A stretch of 21,565 bases of DNA from a virus (lineage: Duplodnaviria; Heunggongvirae; Uroviricota; Caudoviricetes). The stretch lies in IMG/VR virus record IMGVR_UViG_3300048503_000086. One strand, 5' to 3'. This document shows positions 9,642-18,065 of the stretch, piece after piece (the stretch's first letter is position 1; each line of letters starts with the position of its first letter). Below the pieces are notes generated by a model. That model did no database searches. It worked only from the letters and a program-made list of their open reading frames with translations, and was not told where the DNA came from. Made by a program: the position numbers and the translations under genes.

Positions 9642-12437
9642 ATGAGCATCCTGAAACCGTGGCGTCAAGTCGCCACCCCGCACGCTGACATCCGCCAGGG
9701 CAAGTTCGACACTTCGGTCTTCGCCGCCGACCTGGGCGAAGTGCTGGCCGGGCGCGGGGCCGTCGATTACCGCGACGCCTGCACCTTCTTCTCCAAGACC
9801 TACCTGACGGAAGGGCTAACCCAACTGGTCATCGACGTGATGCAGCGGTTGGCCGGCTCGGGCAAGACCGAGGCGGTCATCCAGCTTCAAACGGCTTTCG
9901 GCGGGGGCAAGACGCATACCCTGTTGACCCTCTACCACCTGCTGACCAGCCCGAACCCGGTCGCCAAGCTGCCGGAAATCCAGGCTTTGCTCGCCGCCGC
10001 CGGCCTCAAGCAGATTCCCACCGCCCGGGTGGCCTGCCTGGTCGGGACCGCGCTCAACGCGACTGCCGATCGAACCTTCTGGGGCGACCTGGCTTGGCAG
10101 CTTGGCGGCGAGCGGCTCTACGCCAAGCTGGCCAAGTGCGACGAGCAGAAGGTCTCGCCGGGCACCAATCTCCTGGGCGAAGTGTTGGCCGAGGCCGGCC
10201 CGTGCCTGATCCTGCTCGATGAAGTCCTGGCCTACCTGCTCAAGGCCGGTGGGGTCAAGGTCGGGGAGAGCACCCTGCGCGGCAACACCCTCACGTTCCT
10301 GCACGAATTGGGGATCGCCGTGGCCAACTGCCCTACGGCCTGCATGATCGCCACGCTCACCAGCCAGCTTGCCGAGTACATGGACGAGGGCGGCGAGCGG
10401 GCCTACACGTCGCTGGAAAAGGCGCTGGGACGGGTGGAGAAGGTCCGGCAGACCGTCGTGGGCGCTGAGATTTACGAGGTCATTCGCCGCCGCCTGTTCG
10501 AGAACCTCGGCGACCCGGCCGACCATCGCGCCGCGGCCGAGGCGTACTGGCAGGTCTACCGGCAGCTTGGCGAGGACGTGCCCTCGGGCTGCCGCGAGCC
10601 GTCTTATCGGGACGAGATGATCCGGGCCTACCCGTTCCACCCGGAGTTGATCTCCGTGCTGTACGAGCGATGGGGGTCGATCCCCGAGTTCCAGCGGACC
10701 CGCGGCGTGCTCCGGCTGCTCGCCGATGTTATCAGCAACCTCTATCAAGGGAAAGACAACGATCCCCTGATCCAGAGCGGGTCGGTGAACCTCGGCGCGT
10801 CGGCCGTGCGCGGCGAGTTGGTCAAACACACGGGCTACGGCAGCGTTTTTCACGGCGTCATCGAGAGCGACATCTCCGGCACCCACGCCAAGGCTCCTGA
10901 GATCGACCGGCAGCTTGGCAGTGAGTATGCCAAGGAGAGCGTGTCGGAAAAGCTCGCCCGGTCGATCTTCATGTACTCGTTCAGCGGCGGACAGCAGCGC
11001 GGGGCCACCCTGCCGCAGTTGCGATTGGCCGTGCTCAACCCCGAGATGGCCCCGCCGTTCGTCTCCGACTCGCTGGACCGCATGACGAAGCGGCTCTGGT
11101 TCCTCTATCAAGACAGCGGGCTCTACCGGTTCGACTCGCGGCCCAACCTCAACCGCATCCTGGTAGACCGGGAGGAAATGGTCCGTTCCGAGCCGGATAA
11201 GGTCAAGGAGTTTGCCAAGAAGACGCTCAACGATTTGATCGGCGACGCCGCTTTTCGCGTCTACCGCTATCCCGAGGAAGACCGCGACGTAGCTGACGAG
11301 CCACGGCTGAGTCTCGTTGTGCTGGACCTGCACCAGGTTGCCTCTGAAGATGAAATGCCCAAGGCGACCGAGGATTTCGTCACGGGCATCCTAAAGCAAC
11401 ACGGCAAGGGGTTCCGCAAGTACGCCAACGTGCTTGTTTTCCTAGCCCCCGACCAGCAGCGGGCTTCGGAAGTCACCGACGCTGCCCGGACGCTGATGGC
11501 CCTGCGAAACGTGGACGAAGACAAGGCGACGAAGAAACAGTTGTCGGAGGAGCAACTCAAAGACCTGGCCCAGCGCCTGAAAGAGGCCGAGGCCCGCCTG
11601 CCGGCGGCCCTGACGACGGCCTACCGGATCGTCCTGGTGCCCGCAGAGAAGAAGACCCTGCGGGTATTCGACATGGGGATTTCCAAGTTCAGCGGTCCAA
11701 GCACGTTGAGCAGCAAGGTCTTGGAGAAGTTGATCGACGAACAGATTCTCAAGGGGTTGGACCCGAAGATACTTATCGGCGAACGATTCGCGCTCTGGCC
11801 CGAGGACCAGGAAATGGTCAACGTGCGAACGCTGGCCGACTACTTCACCCAACTGACGCACCTGCCCCGACTGCTGGGACCGGACGTGCTGCCAGCCTGT
11901 CTGGCACAGGGCGTCCACCGAGGACTGTTCGGCTACGCTCTCGGCGACAGCGAGAAGAGGCAGTTCGATACCATCTACTATAAGGACAAGTCCATCACCG
12001 CCACGGATTGCCAGATCATCGAGTCGGCATGGCTGCTCCGGCCGAAGGTGGCCGAGGCGCTCATGCCGAAGCCGGAGCCGGCGACGGTGCCGACAACCGG
12101 AGGCGGCGGCACTGGTGTCGTTGGTGACGGCGGCGTTCCGACTCCCGGAGATGGCGAGGAGCCCTGGGCACCGGGCGGCGGGGGTGGCGTGCAGATCGTC
12201 GAGGGCGAGCGCCGGCTGAACAAGGTCCGCATCGAGATGAAGAACCTCCCCTGGGAGAATTGGAACGACATTTACAACGAGGTCATCGACCCCTTGGCCC
12301 AAGAAGGGGCCGAGGTCCGTTGCGACGTGATCGTCGTCGCCAAGGGCGAGGCGGCGATCCGTGAGAACACGATTGAATTGGGTATCAAGGAATCCCTTGC
12401 CCAGCGAGGCATTCAAGCGGATATTCAGACGGGGTGA
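9642..12437 (+). CDS. DUF499-family AAA+ ATPase of a restriction-like defence system
   Basis: N-terminus KPWRQVATPHADI...FAADL, Walker A TAFGGGKTH, Walker B LILLDE, and YPFHPEL...FQRTRGVLRLLA. ATG 9642 is coupled to the upstream stop. Confidence 0.92.
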   Translation: MSILKPWRQVATPHADIRQGKFDTSVFAADLGEVLAGRGAVDYRDACTFFSKTYLTEGLTQLVIDVMQRLAGSGKTEAVIQLQTAFGGGKTHTLLTLYHLLTSPNPVAKLPEIQALLAAAGLKQIPTARVACLVGTALNATADRTFWGDLAWQLGGERLYAKLAKCDEQKVSPGTNLLGEVLAEAGPCLILLDEVLAYLLKAGGVKVGESTLRGNTLTFLHELGIAVANCPTACMIATLTSQLAEYMDEGGERAYTSLEKALGRVEKVRQTVVGAEIYEVIRRRLFENLGDPADHRAAAEAYWQVYRQLGEDVPSGCREPSYRDEMIRAYPFHPELISVLYERWGSIPEFQRTRGVLRLLADVISNLYQGKDNDPLIQSGSVNLGASAVRGELVKHTGYGSVFHGVIESDISGTHAKAPEIDRQLGSEYAKESVSEKLARSIFMYSFSGGQQRGATLPQLRLAVLNPEMAPPFVSDSLDRMTKRLWFLYQDSGLYRFDSRPNLNRILVDREEMVRSEPDKVKEFAKKTLNDLIGDAAFRVYRYPEEDRDVADEPRLSLVVLDLHQVASEDEMPKATEDFVTGILKQHGKGFRKYANVLVFLAPDQQRASEVTDAARTLMALRNVDEDKATKKQLSEEQLKDLAQRLKEAEARLPAALTTAYRIVLVPAEKKTLRVFDMGISKFSGPSTLSSKVLEKLIDEQILKGLDPKILIGERFALWPEDQEMVNVRTLADYFTQLTHLPRLLGPDVLPACLAQGVHRGLFGYALGDSEKRQFDTIYYKDKSITATDCQIIESAWLLRPKVAEALMPKPEPATVPTTGGGGTGVVGDGGVPTPGDGEEPWAPGGGGGVQIVEGERRLNKVRIEMKNLPWENWNDIYNEVIDPLAQEGAEVRCDVIVVAKGEAAIRENTIELGIKESLAQRGIQADIQTG

Positions 12438-12480
12438 AACCATGTTGGGAGTGATGATCTGAACTGCCCGGAGCACTCCT

Positions 12481-12744
12481 ATGGGTTGGTCTTATCGCAA
12501 GAGCGTCAATCTCGGTCCCTTCCGCGTCAACATGAGCAAGTCGGGCATCGGCTACTCCTTCGGCGGCGGCGGCTTCCGCACGGGGGTGAACGCCCGTGGT
12601 CGCCGCTACAAATCGCTCAGCGTCCCTGGAACGGGAATGCGGTACTACTCCTCGTCAAAGCAGGGCTGCCTCGTTATCCTTGCCTTGCTTTCGGGCATCG
12701 TTTCCATCACCACCATCATCATCCTCTTGAAGGTCTGGCCATGA
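12481..12744 (+). CDS. DUF4236-like small protein with a C-terminal transmembrane helix
   Basis: MGWSYRKSVNLGPFRVNMSKSGIGYSFG...SVPGTGMRY pattern followed by a hydrophobic tail. Confidence 0.75.
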   Translation: MGWSYRKSVNLGPFRVNMSKSGIGYSFGGGGFRTGVNARGRRYKSLSVPGTGMRYYSSSKQGCLVILALLSGIVSITTIIILLKVWP

Positions 12745-13037
12745 AACTGATTCGCACGTTTCGGACAATGACCTCGGAACGCTTCCTGGTCCAGAAGAAG
12801 GAAGGCCAAGATTCGGCGGCCATCGACCTCCACTACTTGGCCGATGGGCATGTGGCGGGGACCGTGTTCCTGTTTGAGCACGCCGGCATCGAGGATGCCG
12901 AAGTTCCCGACTTCCTGCAACACATCGACGAGGCCCTGCTACCGTGGGTGCATCTTGAGGACCGCACGCTGACGTTTACCGTCGTCCGGGGCCATGTGGT
13001 GGGCGATTTTCAGCCGGATAAGGGAAAGGAAGCGTAG
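12741..13037 (+). CDS. Hypothetical protein (98 aa, MKLIRTFRT...)
   Basis: ATGA overlap with the upstream stop; protein-like composition; corresponds to the 3' part of ORF 12486..13037. Confidence 0.65.
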   Translation: MKLIRTFRTMTSERFLVQKKEGQDSAAIDLHYLADGHVAGTVFLFEHAGIEDAEVPDFLQHIDEALLPWVHLEDRTLTFTVVRGHVVGDFQPDKGKEA

Positions 13038-13095
13038 CTGGGCCATCATTAGCGTTTGTTTGGAGAGCTTGGTGAAGAAATAGGCGGCTGTCCTC

Positions 13096-13971
13096 ATGGA
13101 CTTCAACACCTACACCACGATGCGTGACTGGACTCGGCGGGTCTCGCCAGGGGATCGCTTCGCCCAGGACATCGACCAGTTCTACAAGCGGGCAATGGAC
13201 GATGCGGTCAAGGTGCGTTCCGCTCAATTCTTTGCCCAACTCATCAACGAACGGGACTGGGAGAAGGCTCGGAGGCCCTACTACAACCTGTGGCCGTCAA
13301 TCATCCCGATGCTCACCCGGCTGGACCTGGACCTTGATTCCGAGTTGATCCGGCTCCCATTGCCGGCCCTCTGCGTCCGTTTTCCCAAAGACTCGGCGAA
13401 GAACCCGCTCAAGTTCGATTGGAAGGGGGATGAGGTTTCGGTCCGTTGTATCATGATGGGGGACATGAACCAAGGCGAAGGTATTTCCGTGCTGATCGAC
13501 GTGGGCGAATTGGTGGACGAAATCGGGGTGCCGGTCTACAGCTACCGTAACTTTCCGCGCAAGCCCGGCTTGACCGTCCAGCAATCGGTAGCCAGCCTTG
13601 GAAGGAACGTCTTTGCCGACCTGGGCATCCAAGTCCCGGATTCCCTGGTCATGGACTGCGTGCGCCTGTGCTGCTCCCTTTGTCTGTTGGAAAACGACCC
13701 CGAGATCATTTCTCCCGATGTCCTGGCCGACGACCGGGCCAAGTACGAGGCCACCGGCGACCAGAAGTTCGTGGACAAGGCTCACCGGCGTGGCAAGGTC
13801 GGCTGGGATGTGGGGAAACATATCGAAGTCATCCCGCACTACAGAAGGCCGCACATGACTCTCGTTTGGACCGGGCACGGGCGGGCGACGCCTCGGGTGG
13901 TGCCCAGGCGGGGAAGTGTTGTCCATCGGGAGGCGGTGGAGAAGTTGCCGAGCGGGTTTGAGGGAGGGTGA
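13096..13971 (+). CDS. Hypothetical phage/MGE-type protein with a C-terminal PHYRRPH motif
   Basis: 291-aa ORF with AGGCGG upstream; the C-terminus reads IPHYRRPHMTLVWTGHGR. Confidence 0.75.
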   Translation: MDFNTYTTMRDWTRRVSPGDRFAQDIDQFYKRAMDDAVKVRSAQFFAQLINERDWEKARRPYYNLWPSIIPMLTRLDLDLDSELIRLPLPALCVRFPKDSAKNPLKFDWKGDEVSVRCIMMGDMNQGEGISVLIDVGELVDEIGVPVYSYRNFPRKPGLTVQQSVASLGRNVFADLGIQVPDSLVMDCVRLCCSLCLLENDPEIISPDVLADDRAKYEATGDQKFVDKAHRRGKVGWDVGKHIEVIPHYRRPHMTLVWTGHGRATPRVVPRRGSVVHREAVEKLPSGFEGG

Positions 13972-15033
13972 ACATGAAGTCCTTTTGCCAGCCGCCTAGA
14001 TTGCGCCCTCGTAACCCAGGGCTAGGCGGCGGCCAGGCAGGATGTGATGAGATCCGCTTCCCTTGTCCAGTCCCTTCCGAGTCGGTAAACTGTCAAAGTG
14101 TCCGGGCTTCCGCCCGTTCGTGCGGTGGAAGCCCGGTTACAGGCCATAGCAACATCGCTACTTTCGTACCCCCATTTGCAAGGGTGACCCATATAGCGTA
14201 GAGTATCAGTGACAACTTGAATTGACGCGCGTGCGTCAAGTTTCTGCTTCCCGAAAAACGACCAACCTGAGTCTGCGGACTCTTGAACAGATGAAGCAGT
14301 GCTTGGACCGCGCCCCTGCATGGGGGCGTCGGCCGAGTGCTGTTCATCTGTGCCCCTTGGTCGGGGTTTCGGGAGCAGCCTTGGTTGTGCGCCACGAGGC
14401 GCACAGATGGAATGAGTGAATGGCCCTCAAGGCCCGTCACTCCGCTGCTCGTTCAGGCGGGCGGCGCGTTGTTGGGACGTAGCTGCGGGCCGATGCTGGC
14501 TCGCGGTGAAAGAGCTGTCCCTGAAAGGTACTGGTGAGGCGCGAGGCAAACCGCCAAGAGGCCAGGCTTGACGAAGAAGTGACATGGTGAGTAACAGCGA
14601 AGCGGGTTTCAACCCACGGGAAACTGCTCCCCCTCCTCGTAATACTTTTGCCTAGCCTTGCAGGTAGCGGAGCAAGGATATACGGGGAGGCGATCGCGTT
14701 TCGACGTAAGAAGAAACGACCGAACCTGGTCAGAACCAATGCCAGGCCAAAGGATGCAACAGGCCACCTGTTTACCCTGCTGCCGATCGGGATTCCGCAG
14801 AGCGCGGCTCGGGTTGGTCTTTAACCGCCACCTAACTCACTTCGCAGAGTCCGTCTGTGTGAACGTGGGAGGCTTCTCGGGGAATGCCAAGGCGAGCAGT
14901 CCGCCGATGACCACGAGAAGCGTCGGAGCCGCCGTAGTAGTCCGAGGCTGGGAAAGCCAGCCACATGGCGAAGGGCGGCAGTCTTTTGGATTTTCGGCGC
15001 AGAGGTCACCGGATGGGATTCGGAGGCATCTCC

Positions 15034-15386
15034 GTGAATGTCGGTGAAATGCAACGAAAGCTGAGCCAGTGGGCGGAACAGCGACTGGAGGAGTTGGAGT
15101 ATCCGCTGTTTGTAGGGCGGAAAGACCTGCGACTTCACGACCTGTACCACCTGCTCTATGACGGAACGTGGCTGCGTCAAGCCCATGAACACGTTTGCCG
15201 CAACCGTGGGAGTCGAACCGCGGGATGCGACGGCCTGAACATGGGCGTGTTTAACGCCGACCTGGAGAATCAACTTTCCAAGTTGGCGGAACAACTGCGG
15301 ACGCAGACGTTCCGGCCACATCCCGTGCGACGGGTGTACATTCCCAAGAAGAACGGTAAGCTCCGTCCCCTGGGAATTCCGACGGT
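15034..15386 (+). pseudogene. ltrA: Group II intron RT/maturase, N-terminal fragment (RT0-RT2)
   Basis: GGAGG RBS and GTG start. Sequence MNVGEMQRKLSQWA...GSRTAGCDG...PVRRVYIPKKNGKLRPLGIPTV ends at the recombinase element. Confidence 0.88.
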
Positions 15387-15404
15387 ATAGGCATAATGCA
15401 CTCC

Positions 15405-17486
15405 TTACAATGAGCGTTGGGATTGTTGGCTGCGACTCTTCTGGATTCGGGTGGATTTCTCCGCCCATCGCTGCAATCGGCATTCCGTTTCCGGATCGAG
15501 GGTGATCCACAACGCGGAACCCCGGTTACGGCGGCGGGCCAGGACAACGCCACGTTCGATCCAGTAATACACGACGCCTGGGCTGACATCGAGTTTCTCA
15601 GCCACCTGGGCTACCGTCAGTTCTTCCGGTCGCTTCAGCGTCGGGGCTGAAATCCGATGCTTGTAGCGAATCCAGGCGATCATCGACTGCGTAAAAGACT
15701 TGCCCTTCGCGCTGCGGAAGCCCTGCTGGTTGAGCGTGTCGGCGATCTCCGCGTCGGCCTTCTCCGTCGCCAACGATCGGACCTGCTCCACAAGATCTTC
15801 AGGATACCGCAGCCGATCAGCGATGGGAAGCGGCCGGTTCACGGCGATGTCTTCGCAGGCACCTCCTTGCCAACGAACGTGGAGCAGGACCTGTCGAGGC
15901 TCGGTCAGCCGTTCGACCGTGATGTCCTTCACCAGCAATCGCAGCATCCTCTTCTTGTCCTTGGGGGGCGTCGTGGGGGCATTCCATAAACGCGGAAACT
16001 CTTTGGCCAAAGCCAGAATCTTCGCCCGTTGCTCCACTGTGACGACCAAGCCATGGCTGCGTTGGAAATCGGCGAACTCCTGTCGTATCTCCTCCAGGCG
16101 GCTGAGGGCCTCGTTCCAACGTTGCTCCAAGGAAGCCGCGACGAGACGGTTGGCCGGGTCCACCTGCTCGTAGCGCCGCTGGGCGAGCTGGGCCTCATAC
16201 TCCGCGCGCTGGAGCCGCATCCGCCATTGCCCCTGGGAGGCATCGTCACGTTTCTCCAGTTCCTGGAGCACGTCCAGAGAAAGGTGGAGCTGATCGGAGT
16301 TGACCACCTGTACGACGCGGTTAGATACCGCCTGGTCGATCAGACCGCAGGGAATGCTCATGCAGGACTTGCGTGAACGGCCTTGCCGCTTACGCCAGTT
16401 ACATTCATAAACCGGATAGATGCCGCCGTTGCCTTGGTAGCGCGGCGTTAAGCGACGGCCACAAACACGACACACCAAGAGCCCTTGCAAAAGGGCCAAA
16501 CCCTCGCGTGCCGGTCCGCTCAAGAGCGTGTCCTCCCCGTTCGTGCGGTTGCGTTCGAGGGTGTCCAGATTGTGCAGGTATTCGTCAAAGGAAAGGTAGC
16601 CCGGGTGGTGGTTCTGGATCTCCACCAGCCACGCGGGCCGAGGCATCGCTTTTACCCGTGAGCGGACCTCGCCGTTGGCAAGGACGTGCTTGACACAACG
16701 ATAACGGCCAAAGGCATAGACTCCTGCATACGCCGGGTTTTTCAATACGCTCCGAACCCGATCGTCCGTCAAGTGTCCCCAGAAGATTCGGCCGTTCCAA
16801 ACGCCGCCGTAGGCCCGCTTGGGGAACTTCAGCCCCCGCGCTGCGAACGCCTGGGCCACGGCATACGCGCTGCCTGTTTCACGGAACAGGGCAACCAACA
16901 ACTCCACGGCCCCGCGCACCTCGGCGTCAGGGTCCAGCACGATTGCGTTGGCGTCATCATAACACAACCCGACGGGCAACGGGAAACGCAACTCACCCTT
17001 CTTGGCTTTGTTCAGCTTGCCGCCCTGGAGGCGGACGTGGAGGAAATGCAACTCCGCCTGAGACATCTGGGCCTTCATCCCCAGCAGGAGGCCATCGTTG
17101 AAATCCGCCGGATCGTAGCAACCATCCTCGTCGATGATCAGCGTGCCGGTCAATGCACAGATCTCGATCAAGCGGTGCCAGTCGGCGTTGGATCGCGCCA
17201 GGCGTGAAGCCTCCAAAGCAAACACGGCACCCACTTCTCCCAGCGAGACTTCGGCTATCAACTTCTTGAAGTCGTCTCGGCCGCTGCTGGTCGCCCCCGA
17301 GATTCCCAGATCCCGGTCCAGGATGCGCATACTGGTTGCTGGCCATCCCAGCGAGATTGCCTTGTCCTTCAAGGCATACTGCCGTTCGGTGCTCTCCTGA
17401 TGGTTCCGCACCTGCCCCATCGTCGATTGACGCACGTAGACATACGCCGTCTTCTGCCGGTGGGATAACGTCACCTGGGTCGTCAT
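15405..17486 (-). CDS. Large serine recombinase (resolvase + recombinase + Zn-ribbon + coiled coil + C-terminal HTH), 693 aa
   Basis: Catalytic AYVYVRQST and EASRLARS, Zn ribbon LVCRVCG...YEC, C-terminal HTH ELTVAQVAEKLDVSPGVVYYWI. Frame intact. Confidence 0.93.
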   Translation of the reverse strand: MTTQVTLSHRQKTAYVYVRQSTMGQVRNHQESTERQYALKDKAISLGWPATSMRILDRDLGISGATSSGRDDFKKLIAEVSLGEVGAVFALEASRLARSNADWHRLIEICALTGTLIIDEDGCYDPADFNDGLLLGMKAQMSQAELHFLHVRLQGGKLNKAKKGELRFPLPVGLCYDDANAIVLDPDAEVRGAVELLVALFRETGSAYAVAQAFAARGLKFPKRAYGGVWNGRIFWGHLTDDRVRSVLKNPAYAGVYAFGRYRCVKHVLANGEVRSRVKAMPRPAWLVEIQNHHPGYLSFDEYLHNLDTLERNRTNGEDTLLSGPAREGLALLQGLLVCRVCGRRLTPRYQGNGGIYPVYECNWRKRQGRSRKSCMSIPCGLIDQAVSNRVVQVVNSDQLHLSLDVLQELEKRDDASQGQWRMRLQRAEYEAQLAQRRYEQVDPANRLVAASLEQRWNEALSRLEEIRQEFADFQRSHGLVVTVEQRAKILALAKEFPRLWNAPTTPPKDKKRMLRLLVKDITVERLTEPRQVLLHVRWQGGACEDIAVNRPLPIADRLRYPEDLVEQVRSLATEKADAEIADTLNQQGFRSAKGKSFTQSMIAWIRYKHRISAPTLKRPEELTVAQVAEKLDVSPGVVYYWIERGVVLARRRNRGSALWITLDPETECRLQRWAEKSTRIQKSRSQQSQRSL

Positions 17487-17616
17487 GGCACACCTCCTGG
17501 GCTGGGGAAAGAGGAGGTGTGTCGGCCAGATAAGCCTGGATCATATTGGCCACGAGAATGGCCAGGGCCTGAGTGTCGATCGGTTCGCTGTCGGGTGCCA
17601 TGGTTGTACCGGACAC
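17483..17616 (-). CDS. Probable short coding segment upstream of the recombinase (MSGTTMAPDSEPIDTQALAILVANMIQAYL...); 3' end uncertain
   Basis: AGGAGG RBS before GTG 17616 and an amphipathic helix. The frame has no stop at the recombinase start and runs on as an overlapping frame to 16993. Confidence 0.35.
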
Positions 17617-17711
17617 GCCGCCTCCTGGTGAAGGCCCGCGCGCTGGCCGACCTTGCGGCAGGCCAACCGCCAGCCGAGTTCTGGTTCACCGACCGATCGG
17701 GACGGCAGTCT

Positions 17712-17741
17712 GTTATGCCCCAAAGCGATTTCATGGGTCAA
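17712..17741 (-). promoter_or_regulatory. Putative sigma70 promoter for the recombinase operon
   Basis: Minus strand TTGACC (17741-17736), 18-nt spacer, CATAAC (17717-17712). Confidence 0.5.
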
Positions 17742-17743
17742 GA

Positions 17744-18043
17744 TCACTTTCTGCTTCGTCTGAGAAGGGCGATCAGTTCCGCCAATTGACGAAGACAAAG
17801 GCCGTCGAGAATTGGCAACGGGCTGATACCCAACGCAGCCACGGGAGACGGATCGGCCCGGTCGGTCCATTCCCGCGGCACGGCAAACGTGCCGTGGGAA
17901 GTTCCTTGGAGGATCAGCGTTTCAATGCCCCGGACTCGCCGGAGCTTAAGGATCGGGAACTGCTGCCCCTTGAGAGGGTGGAACGGATGGGTGATCTCCG
18001 CCGATCCCGAAAGGGCGCTGGGGTGAGGTGCAGTTACCGGCGA
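17744..18043 (-). CDS. DUF5372/Y4bD-like ORF body lacking its own start; the start codon lies at 15394, across the att junction
   Basis: SAEITHPFHPLKGQQF...TFAVPREWTD pattern. Joins in frame to ATG 15394 when the element is circularised (103 aa). Confidence 0.72.
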   Translation of the reverse strand, partial: SPVTAPHPSALSGSAEITHPFHPLKGQQFPILKLRRVRGIETLILQGTSHGTFAVPREWTDRADPSPVAALGISPLPILDGLCLRQLAELIALLRRSRK

Positions 18044-18065
18044 CCGTGCCCACCATGGATCGCAT

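Larger units (their letters stand above)
5382..9645 (+). pseudogene. EVE/PUA-like protein split by the 3.8-kb transposon (join 5382-5415, 9221-9645 = 152 aa)
   Basis: MTDVLIYWRDY|RKNATGQYAGWHSN...LLPGDRMWMVTS...GFLVAVWQV...PVPVDHI...LQGPRRL joins in frame across the ACTACC duplication. Its stop overlaps the DUF499 ATG (ATGA, 9642-9645). The fold assignment is pattern-based. Confidence 0.72.
15384..18044 (-). mobile_element. Minimal large-serine-recombinase integrative element (2661 bp)
   Basis: Shared CGAC-n-GT at both junctions (15380-15386 and 18041-18047). Inverted end motifs ACGGT-N10-TGCAC and GTGCA-N10-ACCGT. Confidence 0.82.

Noticed and set aside
9816-12476. Long antisense ORFs of 505 aa (9816..11333) and 344 aa (11442..12476)
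   Set aside because: Shadow frames of the GC3-rich DUF499 gene; no motifs.
12705-12722. His6 run in ORF 12486..13037, suggesting an engineered tag
   Set aside because: It is the off-frame reading of the hydrophobic ITTIII codons of the DUF4236-like gene.
14231-14240. GTGCGTCAAG as an alternative intron 5' end
   Set aside because: No matching EBS1 found; the 14387 start has a 6/6 IBS1-EBS1 match in a stem-loop.
14222-14386. ORF 14222 would end on the TGA immediately after exon ligation; a second frame from 14337 would splice into ORF 18330..18884
   Set aside because: Neither has an RBS or a convincing product, and the second overlaps a better ORF (18710..18919); treated as coincidence.
14640-14725. 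Candidate EBS2 for the exon sequence GCAGCC
   Set aside because: The best match (GGTAGC) has a mismatch; it cannot be assigned without folding.
16993-17482. Long overlapping frame inside the recombinase (ORF 16993..17616)
   Set aside because: Beyond the first 45 or so codons it is an alternative frame of the recombinase with no protein-like signal.
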